Below are positions 11,654 to 20,569 of a DNA stretch of 64,000 nucleotides, one piece after another. Source of the stretch: a bacterium (GTDB lineage Bacteria; UBA8248); contig OZ242260.1 of the NCBI GenBank assembly GCA_965207065.1, positions 3,616,001 through 3,680,000 on the forward strand, read 5' to 3'. Each line of letters begins with the position of its first letter. Position 1 is the first letter of the stretch. Made by a program: the position numbers and the translations under genes. Under the pieces are notes generated by a model, which saw nothing but the letters and a program-made list of their open reading frames with translations, was not told where the DNA came from and did not search any database.

Positions 11654-12460
11654 TTACATGGTTGCAATTATAGCCTGTTGCAGCTTGATTTTCACCCGCA
11701 TGCTGGAGAGCGCTTTTTGGGCTTCCGCCCTGTCCCGATAGTGGCCCACCCGGACGCGATACCACTTGCCCCTGGCGCCGAGATCCACATTCTTGATGAA
11801 GGGCTGAAAGCCGGCATCCCTCAACTTTTGCACGACTCGAAGCGCCTCGTCGAATTTTTTTACAGAAACCACCTGAATGGTGTATCCGCTCGCCTTCGTC
11901 CAGGGTTTCGAAGCACGCGCATCCGCCTCCACCCGCTTTTGGGTATCTACGCCGGCCCCAGTCGTAATTTCTTTCTTCTCCTCGGTACTCTTCTCATCAG
12001 CTCGCTCGTCGAGAGGCTTTTCCTCCTCGGAAGGATTCTCCACCGCGGCAACAGGCGGGGGTGTTGGCTTAGGCGGTATTATTTTTTTCACCACCGGCAG
12101 TTTTATGGGCTCGATAGGCTGCTCGTTTTCCTGGTTCTCTTTGAGCAGGTCCTGATAAAATTTCGGCTTGATCGTATCTGCAGTCTTGATTGGCGCTTCT
12201 GGTTTCGGTTCGGGCATTTTTTTCTGCGCAACGACCTCGCTGCGCTCCGCCTCTTTCTTGCCGCCCTTTTTGAGAACCTTTGTCTCTGGCACGACCTCGG
12301 CCTTGGCCACCTCGTTCGATGCGCCGCGCGTTCCCCAGATGTAGCCAAGGCTGAAGGACACCGCCATTCCCACGCAGAGAATGAGCGCAATAACGCGCGC
12401 CTGCGCTTTACCGAAAACAATCCTGTAGCGTTTCGTGGATGCTCGCTGCCTGGACTTCAT
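11654..12460 (-). CDS. Membrane-anchored SPOR-domain protein (FtsN/DedD-like)
   Basis: N-terminal hydrophobic helix, Pro/Glu/Lys-rich linker, C-terminal YTIQV...WYRVRVG SPOR pattern; follows argS. Confidence 0.85.
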   Translation of the reverse strand: MKSRQRASTKRYRIVFGKAQARVIALILCVGMAVSFSLGYIWGTRGASNEVAKAEVVPETKVLKKGGKKEAERSEVVAQKKMPEPKPEAPIKTADTIKPKFYQDLLKENQENEQPIEPIKLPVVKKIIPPKPTPPPVAAVENPSEEEKPLDERADEKSTEEKKEITTGAGVDTQKRVEADARASKPWTKASGYTIQVVSVKKFDEALRVVQKLRDAGFQPFIKNVDLGARGKWYRVRVGHYRDRAEAQKALSSMRVKIKLQQAIIATM

Positions 12461-12489
12461 GGACTTCTCGTCTCGTGGGCGGATGCTGC

Positions 12490-14163
12490 CTACATCTCCT
12501 CGGGAGCGGAGACTCCCAGCAAATCCAAACCATTCTTCAAAACAACCTGCACACACTTCGCCAGGCAGAGACGTGCACGGGTGAGTTTCTCGTCCTGGCC
12601 CAGTATTCGATTGCGATTATAGTAGGCATGAAATTGTTTGGCGAGAGCGATGAGTCCGAATGTAACGTGGTGGGGCTCGAACCTCTCCGCCGCGGTCCGC
12701 ACCACGTCGGGCCATTCGAGGAGATTCTTCATGAGCTGATGCTCCTCGGCCAACACGAGCACGCCGGGCGTCGGCTCATTTAGTCCTTCGAGCAGCTTAT
12801 CGTCCTCCCCCGCCTGCCTGAACAGACTGCACACGCGCGCATGGGCGTATTGCACGTAATAGACCGGATTCTCACTGCTTTGCTCTTTCGCCAAATCGAG
12901 GTCGAACTCGAGCGCCGTGTCCGCGCTCCTCATCAGGAAAAAAAAGCGGGCCGCGTCCACGCCCACCTCATCCACCACAGCAGATAATTCCTCGAACTCA
13001 CCCGACCGCGTGCTCATCTGCACCGCCTCGCCTCCGCGGCGCAGGCTCACGAACTGAACGAAGAGAACCTCGAGCTTCTCGGTGTCATGGCCGAGCATCT
13101 CCATGGCAGCGCGCACCCGAGGCAGATACCCGTGGTGATCCGCCCCCCAGATGTTGATGTAGTGATCGAAGCCGCGCTCATACTTGAGATTGTGATAGGC
13201 GATGTCGGACGCCAGATAGGTCGGGCGGCCATCGTCACGCACGACGACGCGGTCCTTCTCATCGCCGTACGCGCTTGAGGTGAGCCACTTGGCCCCGTCT
13301 TTCTCATAGAGTTTCTCGTTCGTTTCGAGCGCGGTGATCGCCTCCTCCACCTTGTTCCCGTTATCCGTGAACAGGGAAGACTCGCTGAACCATTCATCGA
13401 AGCGAACCCGGAATTCAATGAGAGATTTTTCGATGTCCTCCAGTATCAATTCCTTGGCGATGCCGCCCGCTTGTGCGAGAAACGCCTCTTCATCCCTTAA
13501 AGCTCCGACGCACTCGCGGAACTCCGCGGATTTCACGATCTCGCGGATGTATTCTCCCTGGTAGCCGTCCTCGGGAAAAGAGACGGTCTCGCCTTTCACG
13601 TCCTGCAAATAACGCGCACAGGCGGATTTCGCCAGCGTCTCTATCTGGTTGCCCGCGTCGTTGATGTAATACTCCCGGTGCACGCGAAAGCCCGAAGCCT
13701 CCAGCACGCGCCCCAACACGTCGCCCAGCGCGGCGCCCCGGCCGTGGCCAACGTGAAGCGGCCCCGTGGGGTTCGCGCTCACGAACTCCAGGTAAACGGA
13801 TTTCCCCGCTCCCGATTCGTTTCGTCCAAAATCATCCGGTGCGGACAATATGTCCTTAAGCTTTGCGCAGAGGTAATCTCCATCGAGATACAGATTGATG
13901 AAGCCGGGCTTCTCGATCCGAACGTCTTTCACTAACCCTTCGGGCGCCTCGAAGTGTTTTACGATCTGCTCTGCAATCATCAGGGGCGCCTTGCGCTCTG
14001 CCCTGGCCAGCGTCATCGCGATGTTGCAGGAGAAATCGCCGAACGCCTCGTTCGGCGGCGTCTCGATGACGACGGCGGGCATCTCCTCGGAAGTCAAGTC
14101 ACCTGCTGCGCGCGCGCGTTCGAATGCGTTCTCGAATATGGGAACCACCAGTTCTTTCAGCAC
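12490..14163 (-). CDS. argS: Arginine-tRNA ligase
   Basis: EFVSANPTGPLHVGHGRG, WGADHHGY, MSTRSG, NPVYYVQYAHAR; GTG start 14163 with GAGG upstream. Confidence 0.97.
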   Translation of the reverse strand: MLKELVVPIFENAFERARAAGDLTSEEMPAVVIETPPNEAFGDFSCNIAMTLARAERKAPLMIAEQIVKHFEAPEGLVKDVRIEKPGFINLYLDGDYLCAKLKDILSAPDDFGRNESGAGKSVYLEFVSANPTGPLHVGHGRGAALGDVLGRVLEASGFRVHREYYINDAGNQIETLAKSACARYLQDVKGETVSFPEDGYQGEYIREIVKSAEFRECVGALRDEEAFLAQAGGIAKELILEDIEKSLIEFRVRFDEWFSESSLFTDNGNKVEEAITALETNEKLYEKDGAKWLTSSAYGDEKDRVVVRDDGRPTYLASDIAYHNLKYERGFDHYINIWGADHHGYLPRVRAAMEMLGHDTEKLEVLFVQFVSLRRGGEAVQMSTRSGEFEELSAVVDEVGVDAARFFFLMRSADTALEFDLDLAKEQSSENPVYYVQYAHARVCSLFRQAGEDDKLLEGLNEPTPGVLVLAEEHQLMKNLLEWPDVVRTAAERFEPHHVTFGLIALAKQFHAYYNRNRILGQDEKLTRARLCLAKCVQVVLKNGLDLLGVSAPEEM

Positions 14164-14224
14164 GGAAACCTCAAAAAATAAAACGCCGAAACGAGGGAAC
14201 AAATACTCCCCTCACAAGATTCAG

Positions 14225-14977
14225 TCAACGCGAAGCGGAGGTGCGCCCCGATCGCCGGGGTAGAGTCTTCCCGCCGTGATATTGCAGAAACGCCTCCGCG
14301 CACCCGATGATCTCGGGCCCCAGGGATGCCGCGTATCGTATGGAAAAACATTTATCGGGCGGCAGGCCAAGAATTTCTCTCATCGCGGCGACGGAGCCCG
14401 CGCGCAGGCGCATCTCACGCGCAACAGGCTCCGGGCACCTCGCGCAGCGAAGCTCGCCTGTGGCGATATCAAAACGCGCCGCCTCGCTCCCCGGTTTCTT
14501 CTCGCACGCCGCACAATAATCGAAGCCCGGGCCAAGGCCCATCGTCCTGAGCAACATCAGTAAAAAGACACCCTCCATGCCGGCCGCGCCCGCACCCTTC
14601 TCCAGCGCTTCGAGCGAGGAGCGGAGCAGAAGATAATGCGCGCGCTCTCCCTCATCCACGCTCAACACCGAATCGAGTATCTTCAAGAGGCGCGACGCCA
14701 CCCGCATGGCCTCATAGTCTTTCCAGAGCCTTTGGTAGACACGGGTCGCCTCGCAGTTTCGCATGGTGCCCAAATCAGAGCCGCCGCGCCGGCTCCATTC
14801 GATATGGCTCTCGCTCGCGGGTTCGAGTCCCACGCCCACCCTCGACTTCGCCGAGCGCACGCCCTTGGCCACCAGGCGCACCTTTCCATTCTGGCTAGTC
14901 AGAAACGTCACTATCATGCTCGTGTTCGAGAATGCGCGCGCGCCCAGGACGATGGCTTCGTCGCTCAGAATGGCCAA
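14225..14977 (-). CDS. recO: DNA repair protein RecO
   Basis: EAIVL...[12 protein letters not shown]-terminal OB fold; CxxC...CxxC zinc finger. Confidence 0.9.
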   Translation of the reverse strand: MAILSDEAIVLGARAFSNTSMIVTFLTSQNGKVRLVAKGVRSAKSRVGVGLEPASESHIEWSRRGGSDLGTMRNCEATRVYQRLWKDYEAMRVASRLLKILDSVLSVDEGERAHYLLLRSSLEALEKGAGAAGMEGVFLLMLLRTMGLGPGFDYCAACEKKPGSEAARFDIATGELRCARCPEPVAREMRLRAGSVAAMREILGLPPDKCFSIRYAASLGPEIIGCAEAFLQYHGGKTLPRRSGRTSASR

Positions 14978-15104
14978 GAAAACGCCTCCGACAGGTCTTC
15001 CAATTTTAGGTCTTGACGAAATCGGGCGGATGAGAGATAGTTTGCGACCGGAAAGTATCTATTTTCAGTCGCTTTATACCGCAAACGGGAGGAACACAAC
15101 CAAC

Positions 15105-15293
15105 ATGCCAGGAGTAAAAGTACACGAGGGTGAATCCATCGACAAGGCTTTGAAGCAATTCAAGAAACAATGCGAAAAATCAGGCATTCTCACAGAAATC
15201 AAAAAGCGCGAGTATTATGAAAAACCCAGCGTAAAGCGCAAAAGGAAGATACTCGCCGCGCACAAAAAGCGCATGCGCGCCCAGAACCGCTAA
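15105..15293 (+). CDS. rpsU: 30S ribosomal protein S21
   Basis: [27 protein letters not shown]...[21 protein letters not shown]. Confidence 0.97.
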   Translation: MPGVKVHEGESIDKALKQFKKQCEKSGILTEIKKREYYEKPSVKRKRKILAAHKKRMRAQNR

Positions 15294-15295
15294 GC

Positions 15296-16285
15296 CTAGA
15301 CATTCTCATAGCCAAGTTCGGATAGCGCGGCGTCCTTTTGCCGCCAGTTCGGCTTGATGCCCACCTTGAGACCGAGATATATCTGCTCGCCCAGTCGCAG
15401 TTCGATCTCCTTTCTCGATAGTTCTCCTATCTTCTTGATCAGGTTGCCACCCTTGCCTACCAGAATCCCCCGCTGGCTCTTTTTCTCCACGTAGATATCC
15501 GCCTCGACGTGCAGCAGGCCGGAATAATCGGCGCGTTCCATCTCCCGCACCTTCACCGCCACGGCGTATGGAATCTCCTTGTGAAGCAGGCGATACACCT
15601 GCTCGCGTACGAACTCCTCTATCAGGAGCGTTTCGCTCACGTCCGTCGTCATATCGGGAGAGAAATATCTCGGGCCCTCGGGAAGCGCCTGGATGATGTC
15701 TTCCACCAGCGGCTCCACGTTGTCTCCCTTGAGCGCCGAGATAGGATAGACGCTCTTGAACCCGTCGTCTTCAGCGTATTTCGCCAGAACGGGCAGGAGC
15801 TTCTCCTTGTCTTTCATCCGGTCCACCTTGTTGATGAGGAGAAACGCGGGCACACCCGCATCCTCGATCAGAGCAAGAGCATTCTCGTCCACCTCCCCTT
15901 CGGCGTCATCCGTCATGAACAGGGCGAGGTCGGCTCCGGAACAGGCGGCCTTCACCTCTTCGAGCAAAAAACGCCCGAGTTTCGAAGCGGGACGCTCGAG
16001 ACCGGGGGTATCGAAAAAAGCCGCCTGTGCGTCTTCCGTGTTCAACACGCCGAGAAGCCGGCGCCGCGTGGTCCCGGGCTTTCGGGTGACGATGGCGAGT
16101 TTTTCCCCGAGAATGCGGTTGAGCAGGGTGGATTTGCCCACGTTCGGGCGACCGATGATGGCGATGAAGCCGGAGCGGAATCCTTCAGGCGTCTCCTGGC
16201 GAGCGTCGCCGCTTCTCAGGATTTTTTCGAGGTCGAGCGTGCGAGCCTCTCCCTTGATCCGAGGAGCCCGCTTCCTTCGAGGCAC
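15296..16285 (-). CDS. era: GTPase Era
   Basis: GRPNVGKST, DTPG, NKVD, ISA, KH domain (GILVGKGG). Confidence 0.96.
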   Translation of the reverse strand: MPRRKRAPRIKGEARTLDLEKILRSGDARQETPEGFRSGFIAIIGRPNVGKSTLLNRILGEKLAIVTRKPGTTRRRLLGVLNTEDAQAAFFDTPGLERPASKLGRFLLEEVKAACSGADLALFMTDDAEGEVDENALALIEDAGVPAFLLINKVDRMKDKEKLLPVLAKYAEDDGFKSVYPISALKGDNVEPLVEDIIQALPEGPRYFSPDMTTDVSETLLIEEFVREQVYRLLHKEIPYAVAVKVREMERADYSGLLHVEADIYVEKKSQRGILVGKGGNLIKKIGELSRKEIELRLGEQIYLGLKVGIKPNWRQKDAALSELGYENV

Positions 16286-16294
16286 CCGGACGCC

Positions 16295-18079
16295 CTACCG
16301 AATCGCCCCGTCGATGCCCAACTCCCGGAGCTGAAGGCGCTCGACCGAAGCCGGCGCGCCCGTCATCAGGCAGGTGGCTTTCTGGGTCTTGGGAAAGGCG
16401 ATGACGTCGCGGATGGAGGGAGAGCCGGTCAGCAGCATCATAATGCGGTCCAGCCCGAACGCGATTCCCCCGTGAGGCGGCGTGCCGAACTCAAGCGCTT
16501 CCATGAAGAAGCCGAAGCGGCGCTGCGCTTCTTCTTCATCCATATCCAGGGCGGCGAACATTTTCTGCTGCACCTCGCGCTGATGGATTCTCTGGCTGCC
16601 GCCGCCGATTTCACTCCCGTTCACCACCATATCGTAAGCCTGGGCGCGGATGGCGCCGGGGTCGGAATCGAACAGCGGGGCGTCCTCGGGCACGGGCGCC
16701 GTGAAGGGGTGGTGAAGCGCATAAAATCTCTTCTCCGCCTCATCGTATTCGAGAAGCGGAAAATCCACGACCCAGCAGAAATCGAATTTCTGATCGTCGC
16801 GGGAAACGAGGCCCAGACGCGCACCGATTTCTTCACGCAAGTGCCCCAGAACCGACGCGCTCACCGCCGGCTTATCAGCCACCATCATCAGCAGATCGCC
16901 GACCTCCACGCCCGCTCGCGCGCCGATCTCCTCCAACTGGCCATCCAGAAAGAACTTGGTGATGTTCGACTCATATCCGTTTTCCGTTCGCTTCGCCCAG
17001 GCGAGACCGCCCGCGCCCAACTCCTGCGCACGCGCGATGATGTCGTCTATCTCTTTTCTCGATGACGACGCCATGCCCGGCCCCGCCATGGCGCGCGCCA
17101 CGCCTCCTTTTTCCACCGCGCCCTTGAACACCTTGAACTCGCTCGCCTGCGCCACATCGGTGATGGTCGCCAGCTTCATGCCGAAGCGCCTGTCCGGCCT
17201 GTCGGTCCCGTACTGCGCTATCGCCTCCGCATAAGGGACCCGCTCGAAAGGCGTCTCGATTTCAACACCGCCCACCTCTTTCCAAATCCTGGCCACCAGG
17301 CCCTCCATGAGGCCGAAGAAGGTTTCGCGGTTCAGGAAGGAGCATTCGACGTCGATCTGCGTGAACTCGGGCTGCCTGTCGGCGCGCAAGTCCTCGTCCC
17401 GGAAACATTTCACTATCTGGTAGTAGCGATCGAAACCCGCGACCATGAGTATCTGCTTGAACATCTGGGGACTCTGGGGGAGCGCAAAGAAACTTCCGCG
17501 CGCGAGCCGGCTCGGCACAAGATAATCCCTCGCCCCTTCGGGGGTGCTCCTGGTGAGCACCGGTGTTTCGACGTCGACGAAGTGGTTTTCCGTCAGGTAA
17601 TTTCGAATCACCTGGGTCGCCTGATGGCGCTTGATGAAATTCTCCCGCAAAGCGGATCGCCTGAGATCCAGGTAGCGGTACTGGAGGCGCAGCGCTTCGC
17701 CGGCGTCTGAATCGTCTTCTATCTCGAAGGGCGGCGTTTTCGCCTGACTCAGAACTTCGAGCTTCGTTATCCGAACCTCGATTTCGCCGGTGTCGAGATT
17801 GGTGTTCGCCATCCCCTCGGGACGTGCGATGACCACCCCCTGAACGGCGAGCACCCATTCGCCGCGCACCCGCTCGGCAAGGGCGTGGGACGCCTCGTCA
17901 TACGAGGGATCGGCCACCACCTGGGTGACGCCGTAGCGGTCGCGCAAGTCGATGAAAATCAACCCGCCGTGGTCGCGGTTCGACCCCGCCCAACCCATGA
18001 GGACAACCTCGCTGCCGACCTCGGTGGCGCGGAGCGCCCCGCAGTCGTGGGTTCTTCCTGTTTCCAGAAGCTCGCTCAA
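16295..18079 (-). CDS. aspS: Aspartate-tRNA ligase, probably non-discriminating (Asp/Asn)
   Basis: RTHDCG, RDHGG (His typical of non-discriminating enzymes), ALPQSPQ, CFRDEDLRADRQPEFTQID, PPHGGIAFGLDR. Confidence 0.96.
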   Translation of the reverse strand: MSELLETGRTHDCGALRATEVGSEVVLMGWAGSNRDHGGLIFIDLRDRYGVTQVVADPSYDEASHALAERVRGEWVLAVQGVVIARPEGMANTNLDTGEIEVRITKLEVLSQAKTPPFEIEDDSDAGEALRLQYRYLDLRRSALRENFIKRHQATQVIRNYLTENHFVDVETPVLTRSTPEGARDYLVPSRLARGSFFALPQSPQMFKQILMVAGFDRYYQIVKCFRDEDLRADRQPEFTQIDVECSFLNRETFFGLMEGLVARIWKEVGGVEIETPFERVPYAEAIAQYGTDRPDRRFGMKLATITDVAQASEFKVFKGAVEKGGVARAMAGPGMASSSRKEIDDIIARAQELGAGGLAWAKRTENGYESNITKFFLDGQLEEIGARAGVEVGDLLMMVADKPAVSASVLGHLREEIGARLGLVSRDDQKFDFCWVVDFPLLEYDEAEKRFYALHHPFTAPVPEDAPLFDSDPGAIRAQAYDMVVNGSEIGGGSQRIHQREVQQKMFAALDMDEEEAQRRFGFFMEALEFGTPPHGGIAFGLDRIMMLLTGSPSIRDVIAFPKTQKATCLMTGAPASVERLQLRELGIDGAIR

Positions 18080-18164
18080 GATTTCTTATCCTTTAATCAT
18101 GTCTGCGCTTGAATTTTCGCATTTCTTCACTGGCGCGGGAGCCTATCGGCTTCGCATCAGGAAT

Positions 18165-19412
18165 TCAAGCATCCTGCGCCCGCCTCTTCAGTATACGGGA
18201 AAGCCAGACGATTCCGCCCAGTCCGATCCAGACGGCCACGCCCACCGACGCCCAGGCCGCTGTCCACTCCGTGGGCAGAACCTCGCCGCGGGATCCGGGG
18301 TTGGTAATGTCCAGAATATAGCCCACTTCGATCGAGGAAAGCGCGCCGAACAAAAAACCGAACCCGGCGAGGCAGCCCAGCGCCGTGCCCAGATGTCGTT
18401 TGGGCGCGATTTCGCTCATCACGACCAGGAATACGGACGCATCGACGGCCATGATCACCGCCCAGACCAACAACACGATCAGCAAAGCCGGGATCGGGGC
18501 ATGAAACAGAAATCCGATTCCGTACGTCATCGCGCCGCTCAGGAACAAACTACCCCCGATGCTCCGGAGGCGTCCGAACCTGTCGGCCGACCATGCGCCG
18601 ATGAAGTTCGAAAAAGCGGATATCGCGATCAAGAACGCCAGGGCCGTCGCGGCGTTATCCACTGCGTCCCCTCTCGGAAGTCCATCCGCCAAGAACGCCG
18701 AAGCCAGGAACGTGACACCCCAGCCCCTGAAGGCGAACAACTCCCAGCGGTGCATGACGTAGGAGCCGATGAGCACCCAGCATCTGAGCGGCAGGCGCGG
18801 AAAGGCGAATTTCTCACCGCTTGCCGATTCCTCCCTGCCCGGGTCGGGCACCCAGATCAGCACCATCAAGATGCCGATGATGGGGCCGAGCGAACCCGCG
18901 GCGAAGGTGAAGCGCCAGCCGAAATCGGGAAGCAGATAACCCGTCAGGAACATCGAGACCGATACGCTGAAGGTGAAGAAAAAGGCGTAGCCCGACACCA
19001 TCTTCGCCCGCAAAACCGCGGAAGAGTGCTCCGCCACGATGCGCAGACCCGGCCCGAAGACGCCCGCAAGCCCTACCCCGCAGGCGCACCGGAGAAGAGC
19101 GGCCGTCCACAAACCCTCGGCGAAGAATGGGAACATGAGGTTCGTGAAACCGAGCCAGGCTGCCGAAAAGAGATATATCGTTCTCGCGCTGAAATAATCC
19201 GTCGCCCCGGTGAGCACGGCGGAGGCGACCACGTAGCCCACGTAAAACATGAAATAGATGAAACCGGCATCCGCATTGGTGAGGGACCATTCCGCCTTCA
19301 GGATCGGGATGGCGGTCGGGTAATTGGCGTAGACCAGCATGATGGGCAGCTGGGAGAAACTGAGCACCCACAGGGCGGGTCGGCTCATGCGCGCATTGCG
19401 AGGCGTGTCCAT
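18165..19412 (-). CDS. MFS transporter
   Basis: About 12 hydrophobic segments; motif A-like GAWSADRFGR. Confidence 0.88.
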   Translation of the reverse strand: MDTPRNARMSRPALWVLSFSQLPIMLVYANYPTAIPILKAEWSLTNADAGFIYFMFYVGYVVASAVLTGATDYFSARTIYLFSAAWLGFTNLMFPFFAEGLWTAALLRCACGVGLAGVFGPGLRIVAEHSSAVLRAKMVSGYAFFFTFSVSVSMFLTGYLLPDFGWRFTFAAGSLGPIIGILMVLIWVPDPGREESASGEKFAFPRLPLRCWVLIGSYVMHRWELFAFRGWGVTFLASAFLADGLPRGDAVDNAATALAFLIAISAFSNFIGAWSADRFGRLRSIGGSLFLSGAMTYGIGFLFHAPIPALLIVLLVWAVIMAVDASVFLVVMSEIAPKRHLGTALGCLAGFGFLFGALSSIEVGYILDITNPGSRGEVLPTEWTAAWASVGVAVWIGLGGIVWLSRILKRRAQDA

Positions 19413-19438
19413 GAATTCAGCGATCGGTCAGCTCTTGT

Positions 19439-20443
19439 CTAGGCGAAATCGTTTTGCCAAATTTTTCCGAGCCTCTGCATTTCATCTTCCTTCAGAGGAC
19501 CGGCGCCGACGCTGGAGAGCGCCTCCGAGAGTTGCTCCTCGCCCGAGAAACCCACCAGAGCGCAGGAAACCTCTTCGTGCATCAAGACGAAACGAAGCGC
19601 CGCCTGCGCCAAGGTGCGTCCATCCCGGACGAGGAACGCGAGTTTTTCCGCGCGCGCCACGTCATCGTCGTATTCCGAACCCATCGAGAGGACCGGCGGG
19701 CGCTCATCCAGAAAGCCCAGTAGATTCGGCTCCGCGGTGAGCGCGCCCAGCGCCAGGGCGCGAATCGCCAGCACTCCCATCCCGAGTTTCGCTGCGCGCT
19801 CGATGAGCAGGCCGTAATCCACCGCGCTGAAATTCTCGGGCACGGCGTACGCCGCGCTCGGGTTGAGCAGATTGAAATACGCCTGCACCGCGTGGAACTC
19901 GCCGCTGTCGATCATCTCTGCCAGCGCGGCGGGATGCCCGATACCGGTGAACCCGAAAAAGCGCACGAGCCCGCGGTCGCGCAATTCCCTGAAACCGTCG
20001 AGCACGCCGCCGGCGCCGAAAATATCCGATAGATCGAAAACCACCTCTCCCACCGGCCAGTCCCTCCCGGGGGCCACGTAGTTGTGGATCTGGATCAGGT
20101 CGACCCGGGGTCGGCCCAGCCGTTCGAGACTCTTCTCCACCGAGGCGACCACCGCCTCCCTGGGCGCTTCGCGCTCCTGAGCGGTGAGGCGGATCTTCGT
20201 CGTGAGGACGACCTTCGCCCCCAGCCGGTTGAGCGCAGCGCCCAGGTTGGCTTCGGACTTGCCGCTCCCGTAGCCCATCGCCGTATCGAAGAAATTCACG
20301 CCCCCGTCCAGCGCGCCGCGAACCGCGCGAAGCTGCGCCTCGTGGTCGTCGCCCACCATGAGGCGGCTGATTCCGCCCGTGCCGAAACCTATCTCGGACA
20401 CGGAGATGCCCGTATCCCCCAGGGTGCGCTCGCGCATCGACAT
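19439..20443 (-). CDS. Aldo/keto reductase
   Basis: RTLGDTGISVSEIGFG, FFDTAMGYG, SLERLG...DLIQIH, LAQAALRFVL. Confidence 0.92.
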   Translation of the reverse strand: MSMRERTLGDTGISVSEIGFGTGGISRLMVGDDHEAQLRAVRGALDGGVNFFDTAMGYGSGKSEANLGAALNRLGAKVVLTTKIRLTAQEREAPREAVVASVEKSLERLGRPRVDLIQIHNYVAPGRDWPVGEVVFDLSDIFGAGGVLDGFRELRDRGLVRFFGFTGIGHPAALAEMIDSGEFHAVQAYFNLLNPSAAYAVPENFSAVDYGLLIERAAKLGMGVLAIRALALGALTAEPNLLGFLDERPPVLSMGSEYDDDVARAEKLAFLVRDGRTLAQAALRFVLMHEEVSCALVGFSGEEQLSEALSSVGAGPLKEDEMQRLGKIWQNDFA

Positions 20444-20569
20444 CCTCAAAAAAGTATTCATCCGTTCATCCGGGGCGAAGCCTACCACGAGCGGGCGTTC
20501 AGGCGAAGGAGAATGCGCGCCCGGCGCAATTTGATGTAAGATGGAGGATTCCCTATCAATGGAGAGAAC